Origin: an uncultured Acidobacteriota bacterium
GTDB taxonomy: Bacteria > Acidobacteriota > Terriglobia > Acidiferrales > UBA7541
NCBI GenBank assembly: GCA_963836125.1
Contig: CAWIIK010000006.1
Span: forward strand, 31,975 to 95,974
Reading direction: 5' to 3'
Length of the DNA stretch: 64,000 nucleotides
Part shown: one piece after another, positions 37,078 to 47,292 of the stretch
Layout of the letters: each line of letters starts with the position of its first letter
Position numbering within the stretch: position 1 is the first letter of the stretch
The notes under the pieces: model-generated
Database searches by the model: none
The model's input: the letters and a program-made list of their open reading frames with translations, nothing else
What the model was told of the DNA's origin: nothing
Made by a program: the position numbers and the translations under genes

Positions 37078-38934
37078 TTATTCGACCGTGACGGATTTTG
37101 CGAGGTTGCGCGGCTGATCGACGTCGCAGCCGCGGCGCACCGCGATGTGATAGGCGAGCAGCTGGAGCGGCACAATCTCGAGGATCGGCGCAATCAGCTC
37201 GGGAGCGGACGGAATTTCGATCACGTGGTCGGCGGTTCCCTTCGCGAGATTGTCGCCCTCGGTGACGACGGCGATCACGATGCCGTCGCGCGCCTTCACT
37301 TCCTGCAAGTTCGAAATCGTCTTTTCGTAGCGCATCATCGACTCGGGATCGGATTCGTCGCGCGTGGCAATCATCACAACCGGCAGGTTTTCGTCGATCA
37401 GCGCGTTCGGCCCGTGCTTCATCTCGCCCGCCGGATAACCCTCGGCGTGAATGTAGGAGATTTCCTTCAGCTTAAGGGCGCCTTCGAGCGCGATCGGATA
37501 GTGGATGCCGCGTCCGAGGTAGAGAAAATCGGTGTGGCGGAAAAACTGGCGCGCGAGATCTTCTATTTGCGCGTCGTGCTGCAGAATCGTCTCGATCTTG
37601 TGCGGAACGCGCGTAAGCTCCTGCATCAGCTTCTGGGATTCGGCATTCGCGAGCTTACCGCGCACCTGCCCGAGATAGAGAGCCGTCAGCAGCAGCGCGG
37701 TGAGCTGGCCCGTGAAAGCCTTGGTCGAAGCGACGCCGATTTCCGGGCCGGCGTGCGTGTAGATCGTGCCGCTCGATTCGCGCGTCAGCATCGCGCCGAC
37801 CACGTTGCAGATCGCGATCACCTTGCCGCCCTTCTGGCGGGCTTCGCGTTCGGCGGCAAGCGTGTCGGCGGTTTCGCCGGACTGGCTGATCGCGATGATC
37901 AGGCTGTGCTTGTCGACGATCGGATCGCGATAACGAAACTCGCTGCCGTAATCCACCTCGACCGGTATCTGCGCCAGCCGCTCGATCATGAACTTGCCTG
38001 CGAGCGCAGCATGCCAGCTCGTGCCGCAGGCGACGATCTTGATGTCGCGGAAATTGCGGAATTCTTCCTCGGTGAGGTTCATTTCGTCGAGGAAGACTTT
38101 CCCGGTTTCCTGCGAAATCCTGCCGAGCAGCGTGTCGCGGACGGCGCGGGGCTGCTCGAAGATTTCCTTCTGCATGAAATGCTTGAAGCCGCCCTTTTCC
38201 GCCATGATCGGGTCCCAGGTGATGTGCTGGGGCGGGCGTGTGATCGTGTGGCTTTCGAAATCGCTGAGCTTGACTCCCTGCGGCGTGAGAGTGGCCATTT
38301 CGCCGTCGCCGAGGAAGAAAATGCTGCGCGTGTGCGCGAGGATCGCCGGGATGTCGCTCGCGACGAAGAATTCGTGGTCGCCCAAACCCACGACGATCGG
38401 AGGTCCCAGGCGCGCCGCGACAATTTTGTTCGGGTCCTTCGCGGAAACGGCAACCAGCGCGTAGGCGCCGGTCATCGCTTTCACGGCCTTGCGCACCGCT
38501 TCCTCGAGCGGGGAGTCCTTCGAAAACTTCTCGATCAGGTGGGCGATGATTTCCGTGTCCGTTTCGGTGATGAACTTGTGGCCCTCGGCGATCAGATTTT
38601 TCTTGAGCTCGATGTAATTTTCGATGATGCCGTTGTGCACCACCACGATATCGCCGGCGCAGTCGCGATGTGGATGGGCGTTTTCTTCGGTGGGACGGCC
38701 GTGCGTGGCCCAGCGCGTGTGGCCGATGCCGTAGACTCCTTCGAGCGGAGTGGTGCGAATCGACTCTTCGAGATTGCGCAACTTGCCGGGCGCGCGACGG
38801 ATTTCGAGCTTGCCGTTGTCGCCAACCACGGCGATTCCGGCGGAATCATATCCGCGATATTCCAGGCGCTTGAGACCGTCGAGGATCAGTGGCACAACAC
38901 GCTTGGGTCCGATATAGCCGACGATGCCGCACAT
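37078..38934 (-). CDS. glmS: Glutamine--fructose-6-phosphate aminotransferase (isomerising)
   Basis: It starts MCGIVGYIG (the Ntn Cys), has two SIS domains and ends ...[11 protein letters not shown]. Confidence 0.97.
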   Translation of the reverse strand: MCGIVGYIGPKRVVPLILDGLKRLEYRGYDSAGIAVVGDNGKLEIRRAPGKLRNLEESIRTTPLEGVYGIGHTRWATHGRPTEENAHPHRDCAGDIVVVHNGIIENYIELKKNLIAEGHKFITETDTEIIAHLIEKFSKDSPLEEAVRKAVKAMTGAYALVAVSAKDPNKIVAARLGPPIVVGLGDHEFFVASDIPAILAHTRSIFFLGDGEMATLTPQGVKLSDFESHTITRPPQHITWDPIMAEKGGFKHFMQKEIFEQPRAVRDTLLGRISQETGKVFLDEMNLTEEEFRNFRDIKIVACGTSWHAALAGKFMIERLAQIPVEVDYGSEFRYRDPIVDKHSLIIAISQSGETADTLAAEREARQKGGKVIAICNVVGAMLTRESSGTIYTHAGPEIGVASTKAFTGQLTALLLTALYLGQVRGKLANAESQKLMQELTRVPHKIETILQHDAQIEDLARQFFRHTDFLYLGRGIHYPIALEGALKLKEISYIHAEGYPAGEMKHGPNALIDENLPVVMIATRDESDPESMMRYEKTISNLQEVKARDGIVIAVVTEGDNLAKGTADHVIEIPSAPELIAPILEIVPLQLLAYHIAVRRGCDVDQPRNLAKSVTVE

Positions 38935-39352
38935 TTTGGTGTTTCTCCTTGAGGCGCCGCCGCACGCAGCGATCTTCAGATGTTAGCGCAAAGCAACGAC
39001 GATAGCCTAGAGCCGGTCGAGCCGCCCTTACCTTGGATGCCACTACGGCTCGCAAAGGAGAGCCGCGAGTTGCTTCGCTCGCGATGTTTGGGCGCGGCGC
39101 GTCCGTGCCGATTCGAAAAATCGCGCACCGTGCGAATTCGTTATGCATCGCGCGCGATCTGTGTTATCTATTTCTTCGTGGCACGCGATAGACATCTTCG
39201 ATTCTTTCAACACCATCTCTCATCCCGCGAATTTTTCCGTCTGCTGAGCTACACAGCCAGCTACTTCTAAGCCGTCGCGATTGACGCAACACTCCATTCG
39301 CTACGGGTGTTTTCACATTCTCGATTTTGAGCGGGCTCAACCGGGAGGACAC

Positions 39353-40351
39353 ATGAGCACAGCTACAGAGGTATTGGCAACGAGCACGATTTCTTCGTTC
39401 ATCAAGCTCCACTATCGCCATTTCAATGCGGCCGTGGTTGTCGACGCGGCGGAAGGCTACGTGAAGCATCTCGCCAAGGGAGGCAAGATGTTTCTCACGC
39501 TTGCCGGGGCCATGAGCACGGCGGAGCTCGGCATTTCGGTCGCCGAGCTGATTCGCCAAAATAAAGTGCACGGCATCTGTTGCACGGGAGCGAATCTCGA
39601 AGAAGACCTTTACAACCTGGTCGCGCACGATCACTACCGGCGCGTTCCGGATTACCGGCAACTCACGCCGGCGCAAGAGGTGGAGCTTCTCAACAACCAT
39701 CTGAATCGCGTCACCGATACCTGCATCCCCGAGGAAGAAGCGATGCGCCGCATCGAACGCATCGTGATCGAGGAATGGCGCGACGCGGATCGAACTGGCA
39801 AGCGATATCTGCCGCACGAGTTTCTGTACAAGATTCTTAACGCGGGAAAGCTGAAGCAGTTTTACCAGATCGATCCGAAGAACAGCTGGATGATCGCGGC
39901 CGCCGAAAGGAATCTGCCGGTATTCGTTCCGGGCTGGGAAGACTCGACGCTCGGGAACATGTTCGCGGCGCAGGTAATTGGCGGCGGCGTGAAGAACGCG
40001 ACGACGATTCGAGGCGGCATCGAGTACATGGTCGAGCTTGCTCGCTGGTACATGGAGACGGCGACGAAAAATTCGCTCGGCTTTTTCCAGATCGGCGGCG
40101 GCATCGCAGGAGACTTCCCCATCTGCGTCGTGCCGATGCTGCACCAGGATCTGCGGAAGGAAAACGTGCCGCTGTGGGGCTACTTCTGCCAGATCAGCGA
40201 TTCGACGACGAGCTACGGATCGTATTCCGGCGCGGTGCCCAACGAGAAAATCACTTGGGGCAAGCTCGCGGTCGATACGCCGCGGTACATCATCGAATCG
40301 GATGCCACGATCGTCGCGCCGCTCGTGTTTGCCTACGTCCTGGGCTGGTGA
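39353..40351 (+). CDS. Deoxyhypusine synthase-family protein
   Basis: Family-typical stretches are ...MFLTLAGAMSTAELGISVAELIRQNKVHGICCTGANLEEDLYNLV... and ...FFQIGGGIAGDFPICV... GGGAGG precedes the ATG at 39353. Confidence 0.75.
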   Translation: MSTATEVLATSTISSFIKLHYRHFNAAVVVDAAEGYVKHLAKGGKMFLTLAGAMSTAELGISVAELIRQNKVHGICCTGANLEEDLYNLVAHDHYRRVPDYRQLTPAQEVELLNNHLNRVTDTCIPEEEAMRRIERIVIEEWRDADRTGKRYLPHEFLYKILNAGKLKQFYQIDPKNSWMIAAAERNLPVFVPGWEDSTLGNMFAAQVIGGGVKNATTIRGGIEYMVELARWYMETATKNSLGFFQIGGGIAGDFPICVVPMLHQDLRKENVPLWGYFCQISDSTTSYGSYSGAVPNEKITWGKLAVDTPRYIIESDATIVAPLVFAYVLGW

Positions 40352-40377
40352 TTCGGAGTGGCGGCGGCAGCTCGGGG

Positions 40378-41376
40378 CTATTGTCCCGAGTCGCTCCAGC
40401 CGGTTTTCGTGCCGTACGGCTCGTTCGGCAGCATGAACGCCTGAATGAGCTGAATCTGCCCGTGCTCGACCTTGAACAGCTCGTTCAGGATGTTGTTGCG
40501 CGGGTTGGCAACGGCGGGCGGCGCGGGAACCTCCTTGCCGTCGCGGATCCAGGTTTTGCTGCCGGGGATGTCGAACACCACTTGCGCCACGACGAGCCCG
40601 CGCGTTTCGTCGACCACCGGGAACCGGCGAGGGCGCACGTGCGGAATGTATGTGAAGAGCATCGCCTGGAACTGCCCCTGGCAGCCGAGCGGCGGAAGCC
40701 CTTCGGAGTTGGTCGGATTGTTCGTCGTGAGCTGGCCGTTCTCGATGCGGTTGCATCCGGGAGCGAATGGAATGTGGCCCGGGCCATGCTCGATGCCGTC
40801 AAAGTATGCGTTCGCGGCGGCGATGAGCTGGGCACGCGACTCGCGCTGCCCAACCGGAATCTCGCTTTCGAGAAACGGCTTGATCACCGCGAGCACCTGC
40901 AGATCGGGCATGACCTCGAAACCGTCGCGCACTGCCTTCGGATCGGAGCCGTGCGGCACAATCGTTTCCACTTCGGTGATCTTCCCGTTCTTCACTTTGA
41001 GCCGAACCATCAGCAATGACACGAAATCTTCCTGGATCGCTCCCCAATACGTGACTTGCCCGGTCGACGGATCGGCGATCGTTTCGCCGTAGAATTTCAT
41101 GAACTTGATCGTCTTCGACACGCCTTGGCCCAGCGGCGTCGGCCTCGTATTTTCCGTGGACTTGAGATTGGCGACCACGGGAAGCCCTGCAGGATCGTGC
41201 TTCACGAGCGCCGCGATGTATTCGTCCATGATGTGGTCCAAGCACGAGCGATCACATTGCGTAGCCGCCGCAGCTGGCGCATTCGCGTCAGCCGTGGGCA
41301 CGCAAATGCCGAAGCTGGCAATCGCCAGCAGTCCGAGTGCAAGCACAGGCGATACGAAAGGTTTTCCCTGCATCAT
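40378..41376 (-). CDS. Secreted hypothetical protein
   Basis: It has a signal peptide (MMQGKPFVSPVLALGLLAIASFGICVPTADA) and a protein-like composition. No family was recognised. Confidence 0.6.
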   Translation of the reverse strand: MMQGKPFVSPVLALGLLAIASFGICVPTADANAPAAAATQCDRSCLDHIMDEYIAALVKHDPAGLPVVANLKSTENTRPTPLGQGVSKTIKFMKFYGETIADPSTGQVTYWGAIQEDFVSLLMVRLKVKNGKITEVETIVPHGSDPKAVRDGFEVMPDLQVLAVIKPFLESEIPVGQRESRAQLIAAANAYFDGIEHGPGHIPFAPGCNRIENGQLTTNNPTNSEGLPPLGCQGQFQAMLFTYIPHVRPRRFPVVDETRGLVVAQVVFDIPGSKTWIRDGKEVPAPPAVANPRNNILNELFKVEHGQIQLIQAFMLPNEPYGTKTGWSDSGQ

Positions 41377-41443
41377 CCCTCCTTGAATGCAATTTCGTGC
41401 GCGGATTCAATATCAAAAGGATCGAATCGCATACCGCAGCGGC

Positions 41444-43084
41444 CTACTTCCTTCCGTGATACTGCTTCGATACCGCAATCTCCTTGCGCGTGATGAATTC
41501 GAGCAGCGCCGGCACGCCTTTCTCGGTCTGCTGGATTCCCCTGTGGATCGCGGGGACGATCTGCGCGGGGTCGGTGACGCGCTCGCCGTATCCGCCGAAT
41601 GCGCGCGCCATCGCCGCATAGTCGCCTGAAATATCCGTCGCGCGATATTTCTCGGTCGAGACGGGCATGATCGGAATTTCCATCGCCATGCTGAAATTAT
41701 TCAGCAGCACCGAAAGAATCGGGATGCGCTCGCGCACCGCCGTCTCGAAATCCATGCCGGTGAAGCCGATCGCGGCGTCGCCCCAGACGTTGATGCACAG
41801 CTTGTCCGGGCAGGCGAGCTTCGCGCCCATCGCAAGACCAAGCCCGTAGCCGAGCTGCGTCGTTTTGCCCCAGCCGATGTAAGTGAGCGGCTTTTTCGTC
41901 ACCCAGAAGGGCGCGAGCTGATCGCGCGGGCTGCCCGCATCGTGCGTGATGATCGTATTTGCCACGTCCACCGTCGCCTGCAAATCGCGCAAGACGCGAT
42001 ACGGGGAAAACGGCGCTTCATCCGAATTGATTCGCGGCGCCCATTCGTCGAGCCACGCTTTGCGGACTTCAGCGATCTCCTCGGCGGCGGACCAGACTCG
42101 CGGCTTCTTGATCAGGCGCTCGACTTCCGCGCAGAGACCTTCGAGCGTAAGCTGCGCATCACCGATCAGCCCGATTTCCGCGCGAACGTCCTTGTTGAGG
42201 TGGTTCGGATCGAGCGTAGCGTGGATGAACTTCTTTCCCGGCGGCATGGCGATGCCGAAGGCCGTCTCGGTAAAGCTGCACCCGACGCCGAAGATCCAAT
42301 CGGCCTTCGCGAGGAAATGCGGAACCGTGCCCGGGAACGCATTGCCCCCCGCGCCGAGCCCGAGCGGATGGTCCTCCGGAAAGGCGCTCTTGCCCTGCAG
42401 GCTGGTCGCGACAGGCGCGCCCAGCAATTCGGCGAGGCGTTTCAGCGAGTCCCACGCGCGCGCGTAGTGAATTCCCTGCCCCGCATAGATCACGGGACAT
42501 TTCGCGTCGACCAAAGCAGCAGCCGCCCTGCGCACGTCCGCGACGTCCGGGCCGTAGCGCGCCGAAATCACAGGTTCGTACGACCAAGGCTCCGGCATCT
42601 CCTCCGCGAAGAGATCGGTCGGAATCTCGACCAACGCCGGGCCGCCCCGCCCGTTGCGCAGGCGCGAAAACGCACGGCGAAAGATATTCGGAATCTCGGC
42701 CGCTGCCATGACCGGCTCGGCCGACTTGGTCACCAAACGCATGCTCGCCACCGAGTTGAAATTCGGATCGACGTGGGCCAGCCGCCGCGCGTAGCCCATC
42801 GGCAAAACCAAAATCGGCACCGATTCGCTGTAGGCTTGCGCCACGCCGCCGAAGGCGTTCTCGGACCCCGGGCCGTGCTGCATGGCGAAAACTCCGATCC
42901 GCCGCCCACTGGTGAGCCGCGAAAACGCGTCCGCCATGTGCAGCCCCACGCGTTCCTGGCGCACGACGACGGGCCGGATTCCGGCCGCAGCCGCCGCTTC
43001 GAGGACGTGGTTCACCGGATAGCCAAACATCACGTCCACGCCCTCGCGCTTTAGTATTTCGGCGATCGCGTCGCCAACCTTCAT
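41444..43084 (-). CDS. Thiamine diphosphate-dependent enzyme (acetolactate synthase / benzoylformate decarboxylase superfamily)
   Basis: The N-terminal Pyr domain reads GVDVMFGYPVN...GVFAMQHGPGSENAFGGVAQAYSESVPILVL. The C-terminal ThDP-binding region reads GDAAIGFTGMDFETAVRERIPILSVLLNN. Confidence 0.85.
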   Translation of the reverse strand: MKVGDAIAEILKREGVDVMFGYPVNHVLEAAAAAGIRPVVVRQERVGLHMADAFSRLTSGRRIGVFAMQHGPGSENAFGGVAQAYSESVPILVLPMGYARRLAHVDPNFNSVASMRLVTKSAEPVMAAAEIPNIFRRAFSRLRNGRGGPALVEIPTDLFAEEMPEPWSYEPVISARYGPDVADVRRAAAALVDAKCPVIYAGQGIHYARAWDSLKRLAELLGAPVATSLQGKSAFPEDHPLGLGAGGNAFPGTVPHFLAKADWIFGVGCSFTETAFGIAMPPGKKFIHATLDPNHLNKDVRAEIGLIGDAQLTLEGLCAEVERLIKKPRVWSAAEEIAEVRKAWLDEWAPRINSDEAPFSPYRVLRDLQATVDVANTIITHDAGSPRDQLAPFWVTKKPLTYIGWGKTTQLGYGLGLAMGAKLACPDKLCINVWGDAAIGFTGMDFETAVRERIPILSVLLNNFSMAMEIPIMPVSTEKYRATDISGDYAAMARAFGGYGERVTDPAQIVPAIHRGIQQTEKGVPALLEFITRKEIAVSKQYHGRK

Positions 43085-43252
43085 AGGCCATGCCCTCCGG
43101 AAAATGTATACTCACCGAACGCGCATCGGCGAGCCGCCAGCAAGTGTTCGAGAATACCCGGTAGAACGAGCGCCGGAAAGCTTAATCGGTGGCCCGAATC
43201 TCATGCACAATTTTCGTGCGATTCAGGCGGTTGGGGCCGGGCAAGCGCAAGG

Positions 43253-44461
43253 ATGCATGCGATGACTCGACGGGAACGGAAGGTTTCGTCGCCGCGCGTG
43301 GTGAATATCGGCGATTTGCGGCGACTGGCGCAGCAGCGGCTGCCGCGCGTCCTGTTCGACTATCTCGATGGCGGCGCGGACGCCGAAGTGACGCTGCGCG
43401 AAAATACCCGCGCCTTCGAAGAAGCCACATTTCGCCCGCGCAACGGGCTGTACATCCCGGAACGCGATACGCGCACATCGGTGCTCGGCAGCAACGTGAG
43501 CATGCCCGTGTTTCTCGCGCCATGCGGGTTCACCCACATGTTTTACCCGCATGGGGAGCCGACGGCAGCGCGCGCAGCCGGCAAAGCCGGCATCGGCTAC
43601 GTTCTCACCACGATGTCGGGACATCGACTCGAAGACGTTGCGCAGGCCACGTCGGGACCGCTGTGGTATCAGCTCTATCTCGCAGGCGGCCACGACGCGG
43701 GCAAAGCGGCGATCGAGCGGGCACAGAAGGCCGGCTTTTCGGCGCTCGTGATTACGATCGACACCGGCACGTTCGGCATGCGCGAGCGCGACGTGCGCAA
43801 TGGCGCGGGCGCCCTGCTGGGTGCGAATCTGTTCGCGAAGATTCCATTCCTGCCGCAAGTTCTCGCCCATCCCGGATGGCTGGCCGGCTTTCTCCGGGCG
43901 GGAGGCGTACGCAAGCTGCACAACATCGTCGTGCCGGGGCGGGGCACGCTGCCGCTCTCCGAGGCCCAGTCGAGCCTCGCGCAATCGGTCGTCACCTGGG
44001 ACGACCTGAAATGGATTCGCAAAGAATGGCCCGGCCCGATCGTGGTGAAAGGCGTGATGATCGCCCAAGACGCGAAGCGCGCGGTCGAAGAAGGAGCGGC
44101 GGGCGTGATCGTCTCAAATCACGGTGGGCGGCAACTCGACGGCGTCGCCCCGACGCTGCGCGCGCTTCCGGAAATCGTGGCGGCGGTCGGCAATCGCACC
44201 GAAGTGCTGGTCGATGGCGGCATTCGCCGCGGCAGCGACATCGCGAAAGCAATCTGCCTCGGCGCACGGGCCGTGCTCGTCGGCCGCGCCTACATGTACG
44301 GCCTGGGCGCGGCGGGAGAGGCTGGAGTCGCGCGAGCGATCGCGATTCTGCGCGCCGATCTTGAGCGCACGATGGCCCTGCTCGGCTGCAAGTCGATTGC
44401 GGAGCTGAATCGTTCCTACGTGGATGTTCCGGCGAGATGGCCGGTTCAACCCCAAAACTGA
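43253..44461 (+). CDS. FMN-dependent alpha-hydroxy acid dehydrogenase/oxidase (LldD / glycolate oxidase / mandelate dehydrogenase family)
   Basis: Family-typical stretches are NIGDLRRLAQQRLPRVLFDYLDGGADAEVTLRENTRAFE..., VSNHGGRQLDG and DGGIRRGSDIAKA. Confidence 0.9.
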   Translation: MHAMTRRERKVSSPRVVNIGDLRRLAQQRLPRVLFDYLDGGADAEVTLRENTRAFEEATFRPRNGLYIPERDTRTSVLGSNVSMPVFLAPCGFTHMFYPHGEPTAARAAGKAGIGYVLTTMSGHRLEDVAQATSGPLWYQLYLAGGHDAGKAAIERAQKAGFSALVITIDTGTFGMRERDVRNGAGALLGANLFAKIPFLPQVLAHPGWLAGFLRAGGVRKLHNIVVPGRGTLPLSEAQSSLAQSVVTWDDLKWIRKEWPGPIVVKGVMIAQDAKRAVEEGAAGVIVSNHGGRQLDGVAPTLRALPEIVAAVGNRTEVLVDGGIRRGSDIAKAICLGARAVLVGRAYMYGLGAAGEAGVARAIAILRADLERTMALLGCKSIAELNRSYVDVPARWPVQPQN

Positions 44462-44601
44462 ATCGCGCTGGCACGCGCGCCCGAACCCCGGGAACGCCAA
44501 TCTCCCGGTTGGCGCTCTTCGTCCCCGCGTGAAGCACACCATCGACACAAAGACGATCTATCAGGCGTAGCGAGGGGAAGCTTTTCCGGCAAACGCGGGC
44601 G

Positions 44602-46038
44602 CTACCACAGAGCGCGCGGCTCAACCATTTTGCCCGGGTTCATCCGGTTCTCCGGATCGAGCGTCTGCTTGATCGCGCGCATCACGTCGAGTGCCGCGCC
44701 GTGCTCGATCGGCAAGTACTTCTTGCGGCCCGCGCCGATGCCGTGCTCGCCGGTACACGTGCCGCCCATTTCGAGCGCGCGCAGGATCACCTTTTCTTCC
44801 AGAGCCTTGGCCTCGGCCAATTCGGAAGCGCTCGCCGGATCGATCATGAACGACATGTGAAAGTTGCCGTCGCCGACGTGCCCGACGATTGGAGCCGGAA
44901 ACGACGCGCGCTCGATATCCTTCTTGGATTCGACGATGCAGTCCGCAAGGCGCGAGATCGGCACGCAGATATCCGTGGTGAACATTTTCGCGCCCGTGCG
45001 ATACGCCACGTTCGCAAAATACGCCTCGTGCCGCATCTTCCAGAGCTGCGCGCGCTCTTCTGGCGTCGTGAACCACCGGAATTCGCGCCCCTGATGCTCT
45101 TCTGCCAATTTCTTCACGGTCTCGGCTTGTTCGTCGACGCTGCGAACGCTGTCGCCGTGAAACTCGAAAAACAGGATCGGCGCCACCGGATAATTCGTTT
45201 TCGAATAGCGGTTGCACGCTTCGACCTGCACTTCGTCCATGAATTCGATGCGCGCGACGGCGATGCCCAGCTGGATCGTCTCCATGGCGGTCTCGATCGC
45301 ATCGCGAATCGTCGCGAACGTGCAGCTCGCCCCGCCCACGGCCTCGGGCTGCGGGTGGAGCCGCACCGTCACCTCGGTAATGACGCCGAGCGTGCCCTCC
45401 GCGCCCACCAACAGGCGCGTGAGATCGTAGCCCGCGGCGGACTTTCGCGCACGTGAGCCGGTCTTGATCACGCGGCCATCGGCAAGCACCACTTTGAGCG
45501 CCATCACGTTCTCGCGCATCGTGCCGTAGCGCACGGCCGTGGTGCCGGAAGCGCGCGTGGAAGCCATGCCGGCGAGCGTGGCGTCCGCGCCCGGATCGAT
45601 GAAAAATGTGAAGCCGGTATTCTCGAGCGCCTTATTCAGCTGCAAACGCGTCACGCCCGCTTCGACTGTCGCTTGCAGATCTTCCACGCTGATGTCGAGG
45701 ATCTTGTTCATCTGGCGCATGTCGAGCGTGATGCCGCCGTAGATCGCGTTCACCTGCGCTTCCATCGACGTGCCCCCGCCGAACGGAATCACCGGCACGC
45801 CGTATTTCGCGCTGATCTTCACGATCGCGCTTACCTCTTCGGTCGATTGCGGAAAGCAGACCACATCCGGCAGCGCGGCCGGATGGTACGACTCGCCGTG
45901 ACTGTGATGTTCGCGGATCGCGTCCGCGGTGGTAGCGCGCTGGCCGAGCAGCGCCTGCAATTCGGCGATGGCGCCCTGAATCTGCGCCGCAGCCGGCGGA
46001 ACAAATTCTGCGGTGCTGACGGCAGTGTCTGGTTTCAT
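44602..46038 (-). CDS. FAD-linked oxidase (D-lactate dehydrogenase / GlcD-like)
   Basis: The FAD_binding_4 pattern is present (VPVIPFGGGTSMEAQVNAIYGGITLDM). The C-terminal domain reads GGTCTGEHGIGAGRKKYL. The start was chosen at MKPDTAV. Confidence 0.85.
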   Translation of the reverse strand: MKPDTAVSTAEFVPPAAAQIQGAIAELQALLGQRATTADAIREHHSHGESYHPAALPDVVCFPQSTEEVSAIVKISAKYGVPVIPFGGGTSMEAQVNAIYGGITLDMRQMNKILDISVEDLQATVEAGVTRLQLNKALENTGFTFFIDPGADATLAGMASTRASGTTAVRYGTMRENVMALKVVLADGRVIKTGSRARKSAAGYDLTRLLVGAEGTLGVITEVTVRLHPQPEAVGGASCTFATIRDAIETAMETIQLGIAVARIEFMDEVQVEACNRYSKTNYPVAPILFFEFHGDSVRSVDEQAETVKKLAEEHQGREFRWFTTPEERAQLWKMRHEAYFANVAYRTGAKMFTTDICVPISRLADCIVESKKDIERASFPAPIVGHVGDGNFHMSFMIDPASASELAEAKALEEKVILRALEMGGTCTGEHGIGAGRKKYLPIEHGAALDVMRAIKQTLDPENRMNPGKMVEPRALW

Positions 46039-46107
46039 AGGTTCAGACCAAGAAAGTGTTCCACCCGAAATAATATACCGCAACACCAAGCCCGCGCCGA
46101 ACGCCGT

Positions 46108-46512
46108 TCACGGATGCACGGTCACGTCGTAATAGAGCACCGAGCCGTCGCTCGAGAGCGCAGGGTCGATGCGCACCACTTGAAACGTCTGCCCTTTCAA
46201 GTTGCGCTCCGTCCGGCCAAGAATATCGTGCGTCTCGCGCTCGAGTTCCGGAGTCGATTTCGCGGCGCGCTTTTCGGGAGGCAGCGCCTTCGCATCGAGC
46301 CGGTAGGTCCGCGTGTCGCTGTCGGCATCTTGGGAGACCATTTGGACGGCGGCGCTAGCCAAGACGGTCGTTTGTGGCTCGTCGTGAAACCACTTCCGCG
46401 GGGTCACCAGCACGAACAGAACGATCGCGACCACCATCACGTCGTAGGGCCACGTCCCGCGCTCGTAAGACCAGAAAATGATCCGACCGACGCCGCGCCA
46501 GAAGGATCGCAT
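46108..46512 (-). CDS. Small membrane protein (hypothetical)
   Basis: The ATG at 46512 lies 1 nt after the stop of the upstream ABC ATPase gene. It has one TM helix (WPYDVMVVAIVLFVLV). Confidence 0.55.
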   Translation of the reverse strand: MRSFWRGVGRIIFWSYERGTWPYDVMVVAIVLFVLVTPRKWFHDEPQTTVLASAAVQMVSQDADSDTRTYRLDAKALPPEKRAAKSTPELERETHDILGRTERNLKGQTFQVVRIDPALSSDGSVLYYDVTVHP

Positions 46513-46513
46513 G

Positions 46514-47260
46514 TTAGTGGACGGCCGGCCCGTCGACAACGACTCCGTCGCGCATGTGCAGCACGCGATTCCCATAAGTGGCCGCTTCGGGATTGTGCGT
46601 GATCATCACGATCGTCTGGCCGAGGTCTTTGTTCAGTTGGCGCAGCAAGGCCAGCACGAGATCGGATGTTTTCGTGTCGAGGTTTCCCGTCGGCTCGTCC
46701 GCGAGCACGATCTTCGGCTCGCTGATGATCGCGCGCGCCAGCGCCACGCGCTGCTGCTCGCCGCCGGAAAGCTCCGAGGGCTTGTGATGCAGGCGCTCCG
46801 TCAAGCCGAGTAATTTCGTCACGACCTCGAAGCGGTGAGGATCGAAGCCGTCGCCGTGGATGTGTTGCGCGAGCGCGATATTGTGATACGCGTCGAGCGT
46901 GGGCAGCAGATTGAACTTCTGAAACACGAATCCCACCTTGTGGCGGCGGAGCAGCGTTCGCGCCGCGTCGGTCATGCCGGTGAGATCGTTGCCATCGAGC
47001 AGCACGTGGCCTTTCGTCGCCTGCGCGAGCCCGCCGATCACATGCAGGAATGTCGATTTCCCGCAGCCGGAAGGCCCCATCACCGAAACGAATTCGCCCG
47101 GAAAGATTTCGACGTCGATTCCGCGCAGCGCCGGCACGTCCACCTTGCCCGTGCGATACACTTTCCACAGATTTTCGGTCTTGAGTATCGGCTCCAAAGC
47201 CGTCTCCCGGACGAGCGAGCAAACTGGCGCGGATAAAATCATTTTAGTCGCGTTTTGCAT
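46514..47260 (-). CDS. ABC transporter ATP-binding protein (LolD/MacB-type)
   Basis: It has a Walker A motif (GPSGCGKST), the ABC signature ([15 protein letters not shown]) and a Walker B motif ([12 protein letters not shown]). Confidence 0.9.
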   Translation of the reverse strand: MQNATKMILSAPVCSLVRETALEPILKTENLWKVYRTGKVDVPALRGIDVEIFPGEFVSVMGPSGCGKSTFLHVIGGLAQATKGHVLLDGNDLTGMTDAARTLLRRHKVGFVFQKFNLLPTLDAYHNIALAQHIHGDGFDPHRFEVVTKLLGLTERLHHKPSELSGGEQQRVALARAIISEPKIVLADEPTGNLDTKTSDLVLALLRQLNKDLGQTIVMITHNPEAATYGNRVLHMRDGVVVDGPAVH

Positions 47261-47292
47261 TTCTGCCTAGAAGCGAAAAGGTTCCGGCGAAA

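Noticed and set aside
38935-39352. A glmS ribozyme or other riboswitch in the 418-bp region upstream of glmS. The listed ORF 38980..39270(+) also lies here.
   Set aside because: The minus-strand leader lacks the conserved glmS ribozyme core that I recall (for example a GACGAGGA-type segment). Only a generic hairpin (CGCGAG-N8-CTCGCG, about 39066-39085) is present. The listed ORF has no RBS and an unconvincing composition. An Infernal scan would be decisive.
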